A stretch of 64,000 nt of DNA from assembly GCA_963823665.1 (NCBI GenBank), contig CAWGMQ010000010.1:2304001-2368000 (forward strand), read 5' to 3'. Below, in pieces: positions 50,406 through 62,494 of this stretch. The DNA is from an uncultured Planctomycetota bacterium. GTDB taxonomy: Bacteria > Planctomycetota > Planctomycetia > Isosphaerales > Isosphaeraceae. Both the position numbers and the translations under genes were made by a program. The notes beneath the pieces were generated by a model, which ran no database searches, was not told the origin of the DNA, and saw only the letters and a program-made list of their open reading frames with translations. The number at the start of each line of letters is the position of its first letter. The stretch's first letter is position 1.

Positions 50406-50449
50406 CCGCGGAGCGTCGGGGGGAGAGTTCCCACGCGGAGCGTGGGAAC
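50406..50449. repeat. Bipartite REP-like palindrome after clpC
   Basis: ccgcggagcgtc ... gttcccacgc-gga-gcgtgggaac; related copy after fusA. Confidence 0.75.
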
Positions 50450-50498
50450 GTGTATTCGAATTGTCCGTGATTGGGCGGCATCGACCGCACGCCGGACG

Positions 50499-52899
50499 TC
50501 AGGACATGCGTTCGCCTGGGGTGACCAGTGCAGGCTGCTCATCCAGGGCGCAGCGCGTGCCGTCTCGCGCTTGATTCGCTCGAGCAGTACCACGAACGCC
50601 GGGACCAGGATCGGCCGCACCAGGAACGTGTCGAGCAGGACGCCCAGTCCGAGTGCAAACCCCAGCTCGCGCAGCGAGGTCAAGCGGCCGGTGAGCATCG
50701 ATCCGAAGGTGCCGGCCATGATCAAGCCGCACGAGCTGATGATGCCGCCGGTGTGGGCCACGGCAAGCCTCGTCCCTTCGATCGTGCCGTGGCTGCGCTC
50801 CTCTTCGATCACCCGGGCCATGAGGAAGATGTTGTAATCCTCGCCGACTGCCACCAGGATCACGAACAGGAAGAACGCGACGGTCCAGTCCAGACCGATC
50901 CATGGGTCGGCTCCGTGGTGCAGCGCCCGGAAGAGAAGATCGGTCAAGCCGAGCGAGGCCAGGTAGCCGAGCACGACGGTGGCGATCAGATAGAGGCAGA
51001 TCCCGGGGCGTCGCAAGAGCACGACCAGGATGACATAGACGCCGACCGTGACCAGCACGTACATCCTGCGCTGGTCTGCGCCGGTGACGGACTTGAGGTC
51101 GTGGAGCATCGAGCTGGACCCGGCGATACCGATGGTCGCGGTTCCGGCCAGAGGCTCTCCGGGACGGGATGCGGATCGAAGCGTCGCCTGCACTTCTTCG
51201 AGCGATTGAAGGCTGGCCTCGGAGAAGGGGTCGGTCTTGAAGACGAGGTCGAGCCGCGTGATGTGGTTGCGGTCGGCGGGGGAGGCAGGCTGAGTGCCGA
51301 CGTACCGCGACTCGGCCCCCAGGCTGACGGCCGAGCCGGCGATCCGATTCAGGAACCCGGAATTGGCCGCGGCGGCCGGTGGCTTGCCCAGCGGCTGAGT
51401 GAGCGAGCGAACCTCGGCGATATTGCCGATCGCGAGCAGCCTGCGCGAAAGCTCGGCAATGGTTTCGCGACCCTCCGGCGAGCGGAAGTCGATTGAGGGA
51501 TGATGCACGAGCGCCGCGGCGGGGCTCAATTCGCCGACGGCGAAATAACGTCTGACCGTGTTCGTGCCGACGACGCTGGGCGTATCCGGGTCGAGGTCGC
51601 TCAACTGGCTGTAGCTCGAGACGGCCCGGGCACCGATCACGGCCAGGGGCAGCAGCACGAGCAGGCAGACCGAGAGAATCGGCAGCGGCTGGGCGACAAC
51701 CAGGTCGGCGACGCGAGCCCAGAATCCATGCGCAGGCCGACCGCCGTTTTGTGCCTTCGGGCTTTCCAGATCACCGCTCTCGACGGCGGCGGAGAGGTGG
51801 GGCGCGCGGAAAGGCCAGAAGATCGTTCTGCCAAAGATTGCGAGCAAGGCGGGGGCCAGTGTCAAAGCCGCGACCAGGGCCACTGCCAGCGACAGCGCGA
51901 TCGTCGGGCCGGTGTACTTCACCTTGGCAAATGACGAGAAATAAAGCATGCCCAGGCCGAGGATCACCGTGCCCGCGCTCGCGACAGCGCGGCACCGACC
52001 TGAGAGATCGCTTCGTCGAGCGCAGCCTGACGCGACTTGCGATGGTGCAGCTCCTCGCAATAACGCGCGATCAAGAACAGACAGTAATCCGTTCCGGCGC
52101 CGAAGAGAACCACGATCACGAAGACACGGGTGATGTTGATGACGGTGAACCCGAGCCCGGGGACGAACGTCAAGAGGGCGATCAACCGCAGCGAGACAAA
52201 AACCGAGAGCACGATCGTGATCAAAGGAATCATCGCCAGGAGCGGCGAGCGATAGACGATGAGCAAGATCAACACGACCAGGCCGACGGTGCTGTAGGTC
52301 GTGTTGTTGATGCTCTGGGTGGCGGCGACGTTGGTGTCGCGGCCGACGGCGGCCGAGCCGGTCCTGGCCAGCTCGAGCCCGGCGGGAGGCCGCGGCCCCT
52401 CTTCCTTCAGCCACTTCAGGATCCGATCGACGGCAATTCGCGTCTTCTTGGAAAGATAGGTACCCTGGAACCTGACAATCACGAGCGCGGCGTGTTGCGT
52501 TCCTTGTGCGTCTCTGCCGATCAGCCGCGGGCCGATGAGCGGAGTGGCCGGCGAATCCGGGCGCTTCTCGATGCCGAGCGCGGGATTGGCTTGCGTGAAG
52601 TCGAAGAGCTTTGAGGCAACATCATCGGCGTGACGGAGGTCATCCGGTGTCACGGCCCGATCTTTGCGTTCGTAGACCAATACGAGCTGTGAGCTTGACG
52701 CGTCCCTGGGAAAGCCGCGTTCGAGGAGGTCTTGCCCGATCACGCTGGTTGATCCGGGGGGAAAGAATCGGACGTCGTCGTCCTTGGTGACGTCTTCCCA
52801 GCGCGGGCCGAACACGAACAGGGCCGAGGTCAGCGCGAGCCACACCAGAACAACGGCCCAGGGGCGGCGCAGCACCACGCCTGAAAGGAACGAGAACAT
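50499..52899 (-). CDS. MMPL/RND family transporter; frameshift near 51985, 3' end uncertain
   Basis: IVYRSPLL, FGAGTDYCLFLIARY, AVGEDYNIFLMAR, TGGIISSCGLIMAGTF, LLDTFLVRPILVPA. Confidence 0.9.
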
Positions 52900-53092
52900 G
52901 AGAGCTTAGGTTTCCCGAACTCCAGCGGGTCCCGGCCGGTCGTCTCGACACTCGCGAGCCAGCTTAACTTGCCTGATCATCCATTCCGGCCTGGATGTGA
53001 GAAGACAGAAACATAGTCGATCGCAGCCTTGAATGTCAAAAAGAAATGGCCGCTCGTGCTGGAACAATTCTCGATTGGCGGGTCGGCCGCCT

Positions 53093-53220
53093 GGAGACCT
53101 GCGGTCGGTGAGGAGGGCGGGGTCAGGAGACCCGCGCCCAACAACCCCGGAGGGCGGGGTCAGGAGGCCCGCGCCCAACAACCCCGGAGGGCGGGGTCAG
53201 GAGACCCGCGCCCAACAACC
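53093..53220 (-). repeat. Three tandem REPs (37-bp period) related to the RAYT-flanking family
   Basis: ggagacctgcggtc leader, then ggagggcggggtcaggagacccgcgcccaacaacccc x3. Confidence 0.92.
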
Positions 53221-53380
53221 GCTAGAAACACGCAAAGCCGCGCTTGGCGGAGTGCAAACGGCGCGCCGATTGCAGTAATGACGTGATGAGAGAATTGCTG
53301 AATTCGTGACGGAGGACTTGTCCTGCGAGGTCTGGTGACCTACGAATTAGTTAGAGCGGCGTACAAACCACCGACGGTCT

Positions 53381-53788
53381 TTGAGGATTATCAAGTCCGT
53401 GTCTGTATCACTGGTCAAGCATCTGGCTCGGCACTGGATCGGCAAGCTCGCCCACTACGGGCAGCACGGCAACGACGAGCACTGTGCCGCGCTGTTCGAG
53501 GAAGCCATCCGATACGCCGGTCTGCACCTGGAGAACGACCTCTCGCGTTCGCCGTACTGGTCGGCGATGCCGCTGCATCAACGAGCGATCGTCTTGTTGT
53601 TCCTGGTCGACCGAGCCGTTGTCGAGCGCGGCATGCGCAAAGGGCGTCGCGTCTTCGAGCCGCTGCCGCACGCTGAGTCGTGGGTCGAGAGCCAGACGAC
53701 GTTGCGACCCTACCTGAAGGAGACGCTCGAGCTGATCGCGGCGCTGCGGCGGGAACTCTTCCGGCGGGCGCATTCGCGGCATTTATGA
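53381..53788 (+). CDS. Hypothetical protein
   Basis: 135-aa ORF with protein-like composition filling the gap and converging on the radical SAM gene. Confidence 0.6.
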   Translation: MRIIKSVSVSLVKHLARHWIGKLAHYGQHGNDEHCAALFEEAIRYAGLHLENDLSRSPYWSAMPLHQRAIVLLFLVDRAVVERGMRKGRRVFEPLPHAESWVESQTTLRPYLKETLELIAALRRELFRRAHSRHL

Positions 53789-54874
53789 CAGCCCCGCCAG
53801 GGTGCCGCACGCGGCGTTGATGTCGGCGCCGCCGGAATATCGCCTGACTACGGGTTGTCGCAGTCTCCTCCCGAGCTCGTCGCGGAATTGGCGGAATTCC
53901 TCGAGGGTGGGCCGGAGGAATTCTCCGGTCGGATCGGTGACTTCGATCAAGTCGAGCCGCACGGGCGTGTCTCCGATCAGGTCGGCGAGCGCGTGAGCGT
54001 CGGAAGAGTCGACGTTCACGCCTGCGATGCAGACATAGACGAGCATCACGCGCTCGCGGCGCGCCAGCGCGTGCCGGCGCGCCGCGGCCATGACCTCGCG
54101 CAGCGGAGTGCGGGCCGCGACCGGCACGAGCCGCGCTCGTTTCACGTCGGTGGCCGCGCCCAGGCTGATGGCCAGGCGGAAGGGCCGGCTCTCGTCGGTG
54201 TAACGGTCGATCTCGGGAACGAGGCCGACTGTGCTGATGGTGATCGAGCGGGCACCGACCGAGGCACCGAAGGGACAGCGCAGCAGGTCGGCGGCGGCCA
54301 GGACCCGGTCGTAATTGAGGAACGGCTCGCCCATACCCATGAAGACCGCGCCGGTGACTCTGCGGCCCTGGGAGCGAACCAGGTCGCGTGCCTGGAGGAA
54401 CTGGTCGATGATCTCCCACGTCTCGAGGCTGCGGCGGCCGGGCATCTTCGCCGTCGCACAGAACACACATCCCATGGCGCAGCCGACTTGCGACGACAGG
54501 CAGACGCTCACGGCGCCGGGCTTGTGCAGCGGGATGAGCACGGACTCGACCGGCAAGCCATCGACGGTGCGGAAGAGCAGCTTCTGGAAGCCGTCGACCT
54601 GTGACGTGAGCGTGCTCTCGCAGACTAGCCTTGGCAGGGGTGCCAGGACTGCGTCACGAAGGCGTCGCGGGGTCTGGTATTCGCGTGCCCAGATCTTGGG
54701 GTCGAGGATGCCGCGGCCGACCACGGCCGCGACCAGCCCTCGGATCGATTCGTCAGGGACGTCGAGCGCGCGGGCCGCGCGGGCGAAGATCTCGGGCGCC
54801 ACGTTTCGGGGGTCAAGCACGGCGAAATCGCTCTTGAAGAAACTGGGCGCCTCGATAAAAAACGCTAACGGCAA
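53783..54874 (-). CDS. RlmN/Cfr-family radical SAM RNA methyltransferase-like protein
   Basis: ESVLIP, VCLSSQVGCAMGCVFCAT, VFMGMGEPFLN, ITISTVG, GADINAACG; start uncertain. Confidence 0.88.
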   Translation of the reverse strand: MPLAFFIEAPSFFKSDFAVLDPRNVAPEIFARAARALDVPDESIRGLVAAVVGRGILDPKIWAREYQTPRRLRDAVLAPLPRLVCESTLTSQVDGFQKLLFRTVDGLPVESVLIPLHKPGAVSVCLSSQVGCAMGCVFCATAKMPGRRSLETWEIIDQFLQARDLVRSQGRRVTGAVFMGMGEPFLNYDRVLAAADLLRCPFGASVGARSITISTVGLVPEIDRYTDESRPFRLAISLGAATDVKRARLVPVAARTPLREVMAAARRHALARRERVMLVYVCIAGVNVDSSDAHALADLIGDTPVRLDLIEVTDPTGEFLRPTLEEFRQFRDELGRRLRQPVVRRYSGGADINAACGTLAGLS

Positions 54875-55080
54875 GATACTCGCGGCGCAAACCGGGACAA
54901 ACCGTTACGAGCAAATGAATTCGGGTGAGGAACCGCCACGGATTGCAGGCATGGATGTCGGCAACCGGTCAAATTGCACTCAACCTTCTGAATATCTCGA
55001 TCGTAGCAAGGAAGTACTTTATGAACGACCCGGTTTCGGGTTAACAGGACTAGACAGCGATGACAGGAGAATCTCAAAGA

Positions 55081-56643
55081 ATGAAGCGCAATCCAGTTGC
55101 ATGGGCAGCTTTGATCGTATCGTCCGCGCGCTCGGTGAGCTCGACGGGCTTTTTGCGGCCGATGCCCGCCGCACCCAAGGTTACGGAAGAGAGCCAGCGG
55201 ACTGCCAAGGCACTGTCCGCGGCGTTCGGCGCTGTTGCTGAATTTGCCCGGCCTTCCGTCGTGCAGATTTCGGTACAAAAGAAGGCCGGCGCTGGCTTGT
55301 CCGGTAGTCTGCGGCGGTTCGGGACTCCGGCACCGCGGAACGGGCAGCCGGGCCAGCCCGGCAACCGTGATCTCGAGGAAATGCTGCGGCGGTTCTTCGA
55401 CGGCATGCCTCAGCGTGAGCAGTTCGGAACACCCGGCCGGGGCGTTGGCTCGGGGTTCGTGTACGACAACAAGGGCCACATCGTGACGAATAATCACGTT
55501 GTCGAGGACGCCGAGAAGATCGAAGTGACCTTCTCGGACGGCGTCGAGCTCAAAGCCAAGCTCGTTGGCACGGACAAGAAATCCGACATCGCGGTCATCC
55601 AGGTGGAGAACACCAGCGTATCCGCCGTTGCCGCGAGGTGACAGCAGCGCACTCAAAGTGGGCGAGTTGGTCATGGCCGTCGGCTCTCCGTACGGGTTTT
55701 CCCAGAGCGTGACGACGGGGATCATTTCGGCATTAGACCGCCACGCTGGCATCAACCAGTATGAGTCGTTCATCCAGACGGATGCGGCGATCAACCGAGG
55801 GAACTCGGGCGGCCCGCTCGTCGACATGAACGGTAACGTGATCGGCGTGAACTCGGCGATCGTTTCCGGCGGCAGCCTGATGGGCGGTGGCGGCGGCAAC
55901 GACGGGATCGGCTTCACCATTCCGATCAACCTGGCTTCGAGCGTCGCGAATATGCTGATCAAGGACGGCAAGGTCCATTATGCCGGCATCGGCATCTCAC
56001 TCGATCCGCTCACGCCGGAACTGGCCCGAACGCTCGGGATCAGCGACTCGACCAAGGGAGTGGCGGTGGGCACCGTCGTTACCGATAGCCCGGCCGACAA
56101 GGCGGGGCTGAAGCAGGGCGATGTCATCATCGGCTTCGGCGGCGCGAAGGTGAACGACGCCTCGTCGTTCATGCTCAAGGTCGCCACCAGTGAAGTGGCC
56201 AAGCCGTACGAGATCGTCTATCTGCGCGACGGCAAGGAGCACACCGTCGAGATCGTTCCGGCCGACTTCGACAAGCTGGCTTTCCAGAAGCCGAAAGAGT
56301 CGGCGCGCCGGCGGAAGAGCGGAGTGACGAAGGCGGAGAGACGCTCGCGGGCTACGGCCTGGAAGTGCAGCCTCTGTCGCCGGAGCTTGCCAAACCGTTC
56401 GGCATCCCGGCTTCGACGAAGGGGCTGATCGTGACCGGAGTGAAAGAGGATAGCCCGGCCGCGGAGAAGGGGATCCAGGAAGGGGACGTGATCACCAAGG
56501 TCGTGCGCAACCAGCAGCTTCAGCCGGTTGGAGGCGTGCAGGCCTTGAAGGATGTGGCGTCCAAGTCAAACGAGCTGGCGATCTTCGTCGAGACGCGCGG
56601 ACGGGGCGGCCACTTGATCGCTCTGTCGAAGTCGCCGAAATGA
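55081..56643 (+). CDS. htrA: HtrA/DegP-type serine protease with two PDZ domains; frameshifts near 55615 and 56320
   Basis: GSGF, TNNHVV, DIAVI, QTDAAINRGNSGG, two SPA-x-K PDZ motifs over three frames. Confidence 0.9.
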
Positions 56644-56723
56644 AGTAACGATGGGCACCGGGGGCTGGGGGGAGTGGTCGAAGCGCCGCCCCAGCCGCTG
56701 AGCGCGGCAAACCGTGGAAAAGC

Positions 56724-56764
56724 AAAGGGGACGGTCCGGTTACCCGGGCCGTCCCCTTTTTCTA
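56724..56764 (+). terminator. Hairpin with T tract between convergent genes
   Basis: aaaggggacggtccgg-ttac-ccgggccgtccccttttt. Confidence 0.6.
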
Positions 56765-56949
56765 TCATTATCCAGATTGACCCGAAACCGCGGGGTCTAT
56801 TCGAGGAGCGTGTATTTCGAGTCGGGGGGTCCTTCCTGGTGGTAGTTGGAGTATCGACTGAGGCGATCCGGGAATTTGCACCAAACCCGCGGGGGTGCGC
56901 GCGCCTGCCGGAATAACCGCTACAGTCTGCCGCGAATGAAAGCGGCGAA

Positions 56950-58047
56950 TTACGAATGCCGTCCCGGGGCGGGGCTTTCTTGCGGAGCGCCGGCGGCCGT
57001 GCCGACGGGCTGCGGCTTGCCCTGGACAGTGTCGATGCGGCCGAAGATCATCCGGCCGGCGCTGGTTTGGAGCACACTTGTCACCGTCAGTTTGAGTGTT
57101 TCGCCGAGGTGGTAGGCGCCTTGCTCGGCGACGACCATCGTGCCGTCATCCAGGTAGCCGATGCCCTGGCCCTGCTCCTCGCCTCGCTTGAGCAGCTTGA
57201 CGGTGAGGCCCTCGCCGGGCAGGACGATCGGCTTCATGGCGTTGGCCAGGTCGTTCAGGTTGATCACCTCGACGCCCTGGAGCCGGGCGATCTTGTTCAG
57301 GTTGTAGTCGTTGGTGACAACCTTGCCGCCCAGGTGCTTCGCCAGCACAACCAGCCGCTGGTCGACCTCGCGAATTCCGGCGAGCTCGGGGATCTCGGCG
57401 TCGTGGATGCGGACTTCGATGCCCGGCGACTTCTGCAGGCGGTTCAAGATGTCGAGGCCGCGGCGGCCGCGATTGCGCCGGAGCTTGTCGGAGCTGTCGG
57501 CGATGCTCTGAAGCTCTTGAAGCACAAAACGCGGGATGATGAACTGCTGGTCGATGACCTTGGTTTCGGCGACGTCGGCGATGCGGCCGTCGATGATGAC
57601 CGAGGTATCGAGCACCAGCGGGCGAGCGCCCTTGATCTCCTTGGAAAACTCGACGTACGGGATGATGAAGCGAAAGTCGTCCTTGGTCTGCAACAGGGTC
57701 GAAATGCAGATGAAGCAGATGAACACCAGCATGCAACTGCTGCAGCGACGAAGTGAAGTCGCGGGTCGAGGTAGAGCTGCAACGTGGGCTGGAGTGTGTT
57801 GGAACAGCAGGTTGGACAGGAAGAATCCGACGATGAAACCGATGTAAATCGCCGAGATCGTCTGGATGCGTTTCCGTGGAGTGAGCACGTCGAAGACGAC
57901 CGCGACCACCGCCGCCAGCATGACGCCGACAAAGACGACAATTGCAAGATAGGGCTTGGCAAGTACTTCCCCGACAACCTTGGCGGCCAAGACCGCGAAG
58001 CCGGCGGATGCCAGGACGAAGACCGCCCGAATCAGCATCAGGAGCAT
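56950..58047 (-). CDS. PIN/TRAM domain membrane protein (YacL-like)
   Basis: TM helices, [49 protein letters not shown]; probably two compensating indels at 57740-57810. Confidence 0.92.
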   Translation of the reverse strand: MLLMLIRAVFVLASAGFAVLAAKVVGEVLAKPYLAIVVFVGVMLAAVVAVVFDVLTPRKRIQTISAIYIGFIVGFFLSNLLFQHTPAHVAALPRPATSLRRCSSCMLVFICFICISTLLQTKDDFRFIIPYVEFSKEIKGARPLVLDTSVIIDGRIADVAETKVIDQQFIIPRFVLQELQSIADSSDKLRRNRGRRGLDILNRLQKSPGIEVRIHDAEIPELAGIREVDQRLVVLAKHLGGKVVTNDYNLNKIARLQGVEVINLNDLANAMKPIVLPGEGLTVKLLKRGEEQGQGIGYLDDGTMVVAEQGAYHLGETLKLTVTSVLQTSAGRMIFGRIDTVQGKPQPVGTAAGAPQESPAPGRHS

Positions 58048-58154
58048 AGCGATATCACCTTTTCCGCCCTTTCCCAGCGTTTCCATCCTGGACTACGTGG
58101 ACGCGAGCGCACCCCGTGTAAACGGATTGACTGAGCCGCCCGACCGCGAGATTC

Positions 58155-58664
58155 TCAAGCCGGCTGCCGGCTGAGCTCGTCCGTGATCCGGTCGTAGAAC
58201 TCATATAAACTCTCGATCAAGACCTTGGTATCAGCCAAAATAGGCATGAAGTTTGTATCGCCATCCCAGCGTGGCACGATGTGCCAGTGCAGGTGCCCGG
58301 GCAGGCCCGCGCCGGCGGATTTTCCCTGGTTAAGCCCGATATTATAACCCTGCGGTCGAAGACATTCGGTCGAGAACCACGGTCATTTTCCGGATCGTCT
58401 CGATCGGTTCAAGCAAGTCGCGAGAGCTCAGCTCGGCAAGTGTCTCGCGATGCGAGACACGGGGCAACGAGCAGATGCCCATTGTTGTACGGAAAACGGT
58501 TGAGGACCACGATCGTGTGCGATTCACGCAGGACGACGAAATTGTCTCGAAGGTTGTCGCCGGAACACGCCTGGCACAAGAAGCAACTCGACTGCGCCCG
58601 AGGCGACGACGCTGCGCTCCCGGACATACTGCGCGCGCCAAGGCGCCCAGATCCGGCTCAGCAC
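58155..58664 (-). CDS. HIT-family hydrolase; several frameshifts
   Basis: IWAPWRAQYV, CFLC, LNRFPYNNGHLLVAP, YNIGLNQGKSAGAGLPGHLHWHIVPRWDGDTNFM spread over different frames. Confidence 0.85.
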
Positions 58665-58905
58665 GATCGTCGACTCCCGTGCAACATCAGGACGAGACCT
58701 TCCGAAGCGTGGTGCGCCTCAGCCACGACCAGCGGGCGGAAACGCTCCGCCGTGCGGGCCTAGGCCGCCAGTCGCAGCTTAATCATATCAACGCAACGTC
58801 TTGTTGTCGCGAGTGCTAAACATTTTTGCCGGTGAGAGGCGGCTTCCCTGGGGGGGCGGTGCACAGCCCGGACGGGTGGGCCGGCACGTTTTGCTGCGGC
58901 CTGCG

Positions 58906-59687
58906 TCAGAGCAGGTGGCGATCCCAGACCGGGTAGAATTGGGCCCATGCTCTACCGACGATCCGATCGGCCGAGACGAGTACGCACGGGCCGACGCGTG
59001 TGGGTGAATCGCCTTCGTCGCGCGGCTCGACCAAGATCTGGTTGGGCGGAATCTTGAACCGGCACGTCTGCGGCCAGGACTTGAACCGGCCGGGCGACTG
59101 GAGCATGCGGCTCTTGCCGTCGACGACCCAGTTTCGCCCCGTCCATTCGACCTCGTCACCGGGAATCGCCACAACCTGTGCTGCGCTAGGCGCTTCCAGA
59201 GCGGAACTGATTCAACCAGACCCATTGGCCTTCCCGGGGGCCCTTCATACGATACGCAAAGCGGTCGACGAGAAAGCCGATACCTGTGTGGGAAGGCTCA
59301 AATTCGGGCCAGGCCATCACTGACAGCGCGTAAAACGACCGGCAAGTAAAGAACGAACGCGAGCGATACGGCCACGAACAAGAGCGCCCGCTTGGCAGGG
59401 AAGACCGGAAAGGACACCTGACCAAGGACATCGGTGACGGACGCGACGTGGGTGAGGTACGCGAGCATCAGAAAACCGCTGCCGGGAACCGTTCCCCAGG
59501 TCCAGAGCGCCACCATCAAAGCGGAGACAAATGATCCGAAGAACACCCAGCCGCGGTGTCGCTGGCCCCAGCGGTGCTGCAACAGCCCTGGCACCAGCAT
59601 TCCCAAGCCCGTGGAGAACCTGATCTGCCGACCACGCGAAGTCCAGCCCCATTCCGCGGCGGTGTCTCCCGTCAGGAGGCGCAACAT
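58906..59687 (-). CDS. Membrane protein with a degenerate S26 signal-peptidase-like domain; two frameshifts
   Basis: LVPGL plus TM helices; FLVDRFAY, GQWVW, QVVAIPGDEV, IVGRAW match the S26 layout. Confidence 0.6.
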
Positions 59688-60094
59688 GATTCTCTCCTCG
59701 ATCCGACGACCTCGGGTCGCCCCAGTCGAGCTTCAGGCTTATGAACAAAGGTGAACAACAGTTGTGATTCCCGGTGCAGTGAATCGCAGAGACGGCGGCG
59801 GCGTCTGAGGGCCCCAGCGTTAGCCAGCGTGAACTCTTGTATTATTTCAGCGTCAAATCCAGAGATGCTGGACGGTATTAGTCGATTCGCAATTCCAGGC
59901 GGAATATTCCATGTTAACTGGGCGACCGGTCGGTCGGCCAGTGGCCGGCAGCGGAGGAGAGTGTGATTTCCTGTCATCGACCGAGAACCGATTCCCCAAG
60001 TGTATGCTGGTGGCGTATTCTCAGCACCAGAGACGCCTGACCTGAGGAGGCCAGTCACGAAACCTGCACGCCTCGCGCCGACATTCGTTATTTC

Positions 60095-60122
60095 TTGACA
60101 CGGCCATTCATTTTGATAGAAT
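60095..60122 (+). promoter_or_regulatory. Sigma70 promoter upstream of fusA
   Basis: TTGACA-16 nt-TAGAAT with extended -10 TG. Confidence 0.7.
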
Positions 60123-60359
60123 GCTGTGCTCGCATTCATCAGCATTACACGGAAGCTTGGCATGCTTCACACCAAAATCGGCTAGATATCCGCTCTCGGT
60201 CGGTTCTGGTGTGCGTCCGAAATCCTCTTCGGCATGCCCCGTCAGTGCGTCTTGGAACGACGCACTGATTCAAACCCGGCTGAAGGACGTTGACTTGCGG
60301 CCCGTAGCTCCGGCCGAGGGCGTTCCACCCTCCGGACGGCGCGAGAGTGTATTTGGACC

Positions 60360-62450
60360 ATGGAAAATCTTCGTCTGGTTCGCAACATCGGGATCTCGGC
60401 GCACATCGACTCGGGCAAGACCACGCTGACCGAGCGAGTGCTCTATTACACCGGCCGCACCCACATCATCAAGGAAGTGAAGGGTGAGGGGGCGGTGATG
60501 GACCACATGGAGCTCGAGCGCGAGCGAGGGATCACGATCACCTCGGCTGCGACGACCGTCCACTGGAACGACACCAAGATCAACATCATCGACACGCCGG
60601 GCCACGTTGATTTCACGGTCGAGGTGGAGCGGTCGCTACGCGTTCTGGACGGCGCGGTGCTGGTGCTCTGCGCGGTGGCGGGCGTGCAGTCGCAGTCGAT
60701 CACGGTCGATCGCCAGATGAAGCGGTATGCGATTCCGCGCATCGCGTTCATCAACAAGATGGACCGCACCGGGGCCAACCCCGCCAATGTGATCCAGCAG
60801 CTCGAGAGCAAGCTGGGCCTGACGGCGATTCCGCTCCAGTTGCCGATCGGCGCCGAGTCGGGCTTCCAGGGCGTGATCGACTTGATCGATCGCGTGGCCA
60901 TCTACTTCGACGGCGACAACGGCGAGGACGTGCGCCGCGAGCCGATCCCGGCCGAGATGGTCGACGGCCGCCGAGCGTGCACGACAGGGAATGCTCGAGG
61001 CGCTCTCGATGCTTTCGGACGAGATCATGGAGCTGCTTGCTCGAGGAGAGCGAGGTTCCGCTCGATCTGATTCACAAGACGATCCGCGAGGGGACGATCG
61101 CTGCAGCAGGTTTGCCCGGTGATGATCGGCTCGGCGTACCGAAACAAGGGAATCCAGCCGCTGCTGGACGCCATCAACCGCTATCTGCCCAGCCCGCTCG
61201 ACCGCGAGGTCTATGCGAAGGATCACAACAACCTGGGGGCCGAGCTGCCGCTGGCTCCGGACCCTGATGCACCGCTTGTGGCCATGGCGTTCAAGCTGGT
61301 CGAAGAGCCGTTCGGCCAGGTGACGTTCATGCGGATCTACCAGGGCACTCTGGCCAAGGGGAACTTCTACTACAACACGCGGCAGCGCAAGCGAACGCGG
61401 ATCAGCCGGATCCTGCGCATTCACGCCGATCAGAAGGAAGACATCGATTCGGCGTCGGCCGGTGACATCGTGGCGGTGATGGGAGTGGAGTGCGCGACGG
61501 GCGATACGTATTGCTCGGAGGGTACAGACCTTTCGCTCGAATCGATCTACGCGGCCGAGCCGGTGATCGATCTGTCGATTCAGCCGCAGAAGCGTGCCGA
61601 TTACGACAAGCTCGCCAAGGCGCTCAATCGCTTCATGCGCGAAGACCCGACCTTCCGCGTGCACGTCGATCAGGAGACGAGCGAGACGATCATCTCGGGA
61701 ATGGGCGAGCTTCACCTGGAGATCTACGTCGAGCGAATTCGCCGCGAATACAAGGTCGATTGCACCGTGGGCGCGCCCAAGGTGAGCTACCGCGAGGCAC
61801 CGACCAAGGAAACGCCGTTCAACTACAAGCACAGGAAGCAGACCGGCGGCTCGGGCCAGTATGCCCACGTCGTGGGCAAGCTGATCCCGCTGGACCCGCA
61901 GGCGCCGGAGCCGTTCGTTTTCGAGAACAAGGTGACGGGCGGTCGAATTCCCAGCGAGTATATCCCCTCGGTCGAGAAGGGGTTCCGCGAATCGCTGCAC
62001 AAGGGACCCGTGGCCGGCTACGAGGTGATCGGCGTCCATATGCGGCTTGAAGACGGCTCGTACCACGACGTCGACTCGTCGACGATGGCATTCGAGATCT
62101 GTGCTCGCGACTGCTTCCGGGAGACTTTCCGGAAGGCCGACCCGGTGCTGCTGGAGCCGATCATGAAGGTCGAGGTGGAGATTCCGACCGAATTCCAGGG
62201 GCCAGTCACCGGAGCGATCTCGTCCAAGCGAGGCGTCGTACACGGTACCGAGTCGCGATCCGGCTACACCGTCATCAGCGCGGAAGTGCCGCTGGCGGAA
62301 ATGTTCGGGTATTCGAACGACCTGCGAAGCATGACGCAGGGCAAGGGAAGCTTCAGCATGGAATTCTGCAAATATCAGAAGATTCCATCGCGATTCCAGG
62401 AAGAGATCGTGAAGAAGGCGACCCTGGCCAAGGCGACCGCCAAGGCGTGA
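60360..62450 (+). CDS. fusA: Elongation factor G; frameshifts at about 60965-61110
   Basis: [58 protein letters not shown]. Confidence 0.96.
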
Positions 62451-62494
62451 GCGCGGCGCGATTCACGTCGGGGGCGATCGTGCGCCGGGCGGAC

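Noticed and set aside
50144..50499. MMPL C-terminus overlapping clpC
   Set aside because: The extension reads through a REP and antisense clpC; probably caused by an indel near 50560
60960..61120. Programmed frameshifting or phase variation in fusA and the GT genes
   Set aside because: No slippery heptamers or long homopolymers seen at the breaks, and housekeeping and accessory genes are hit alike
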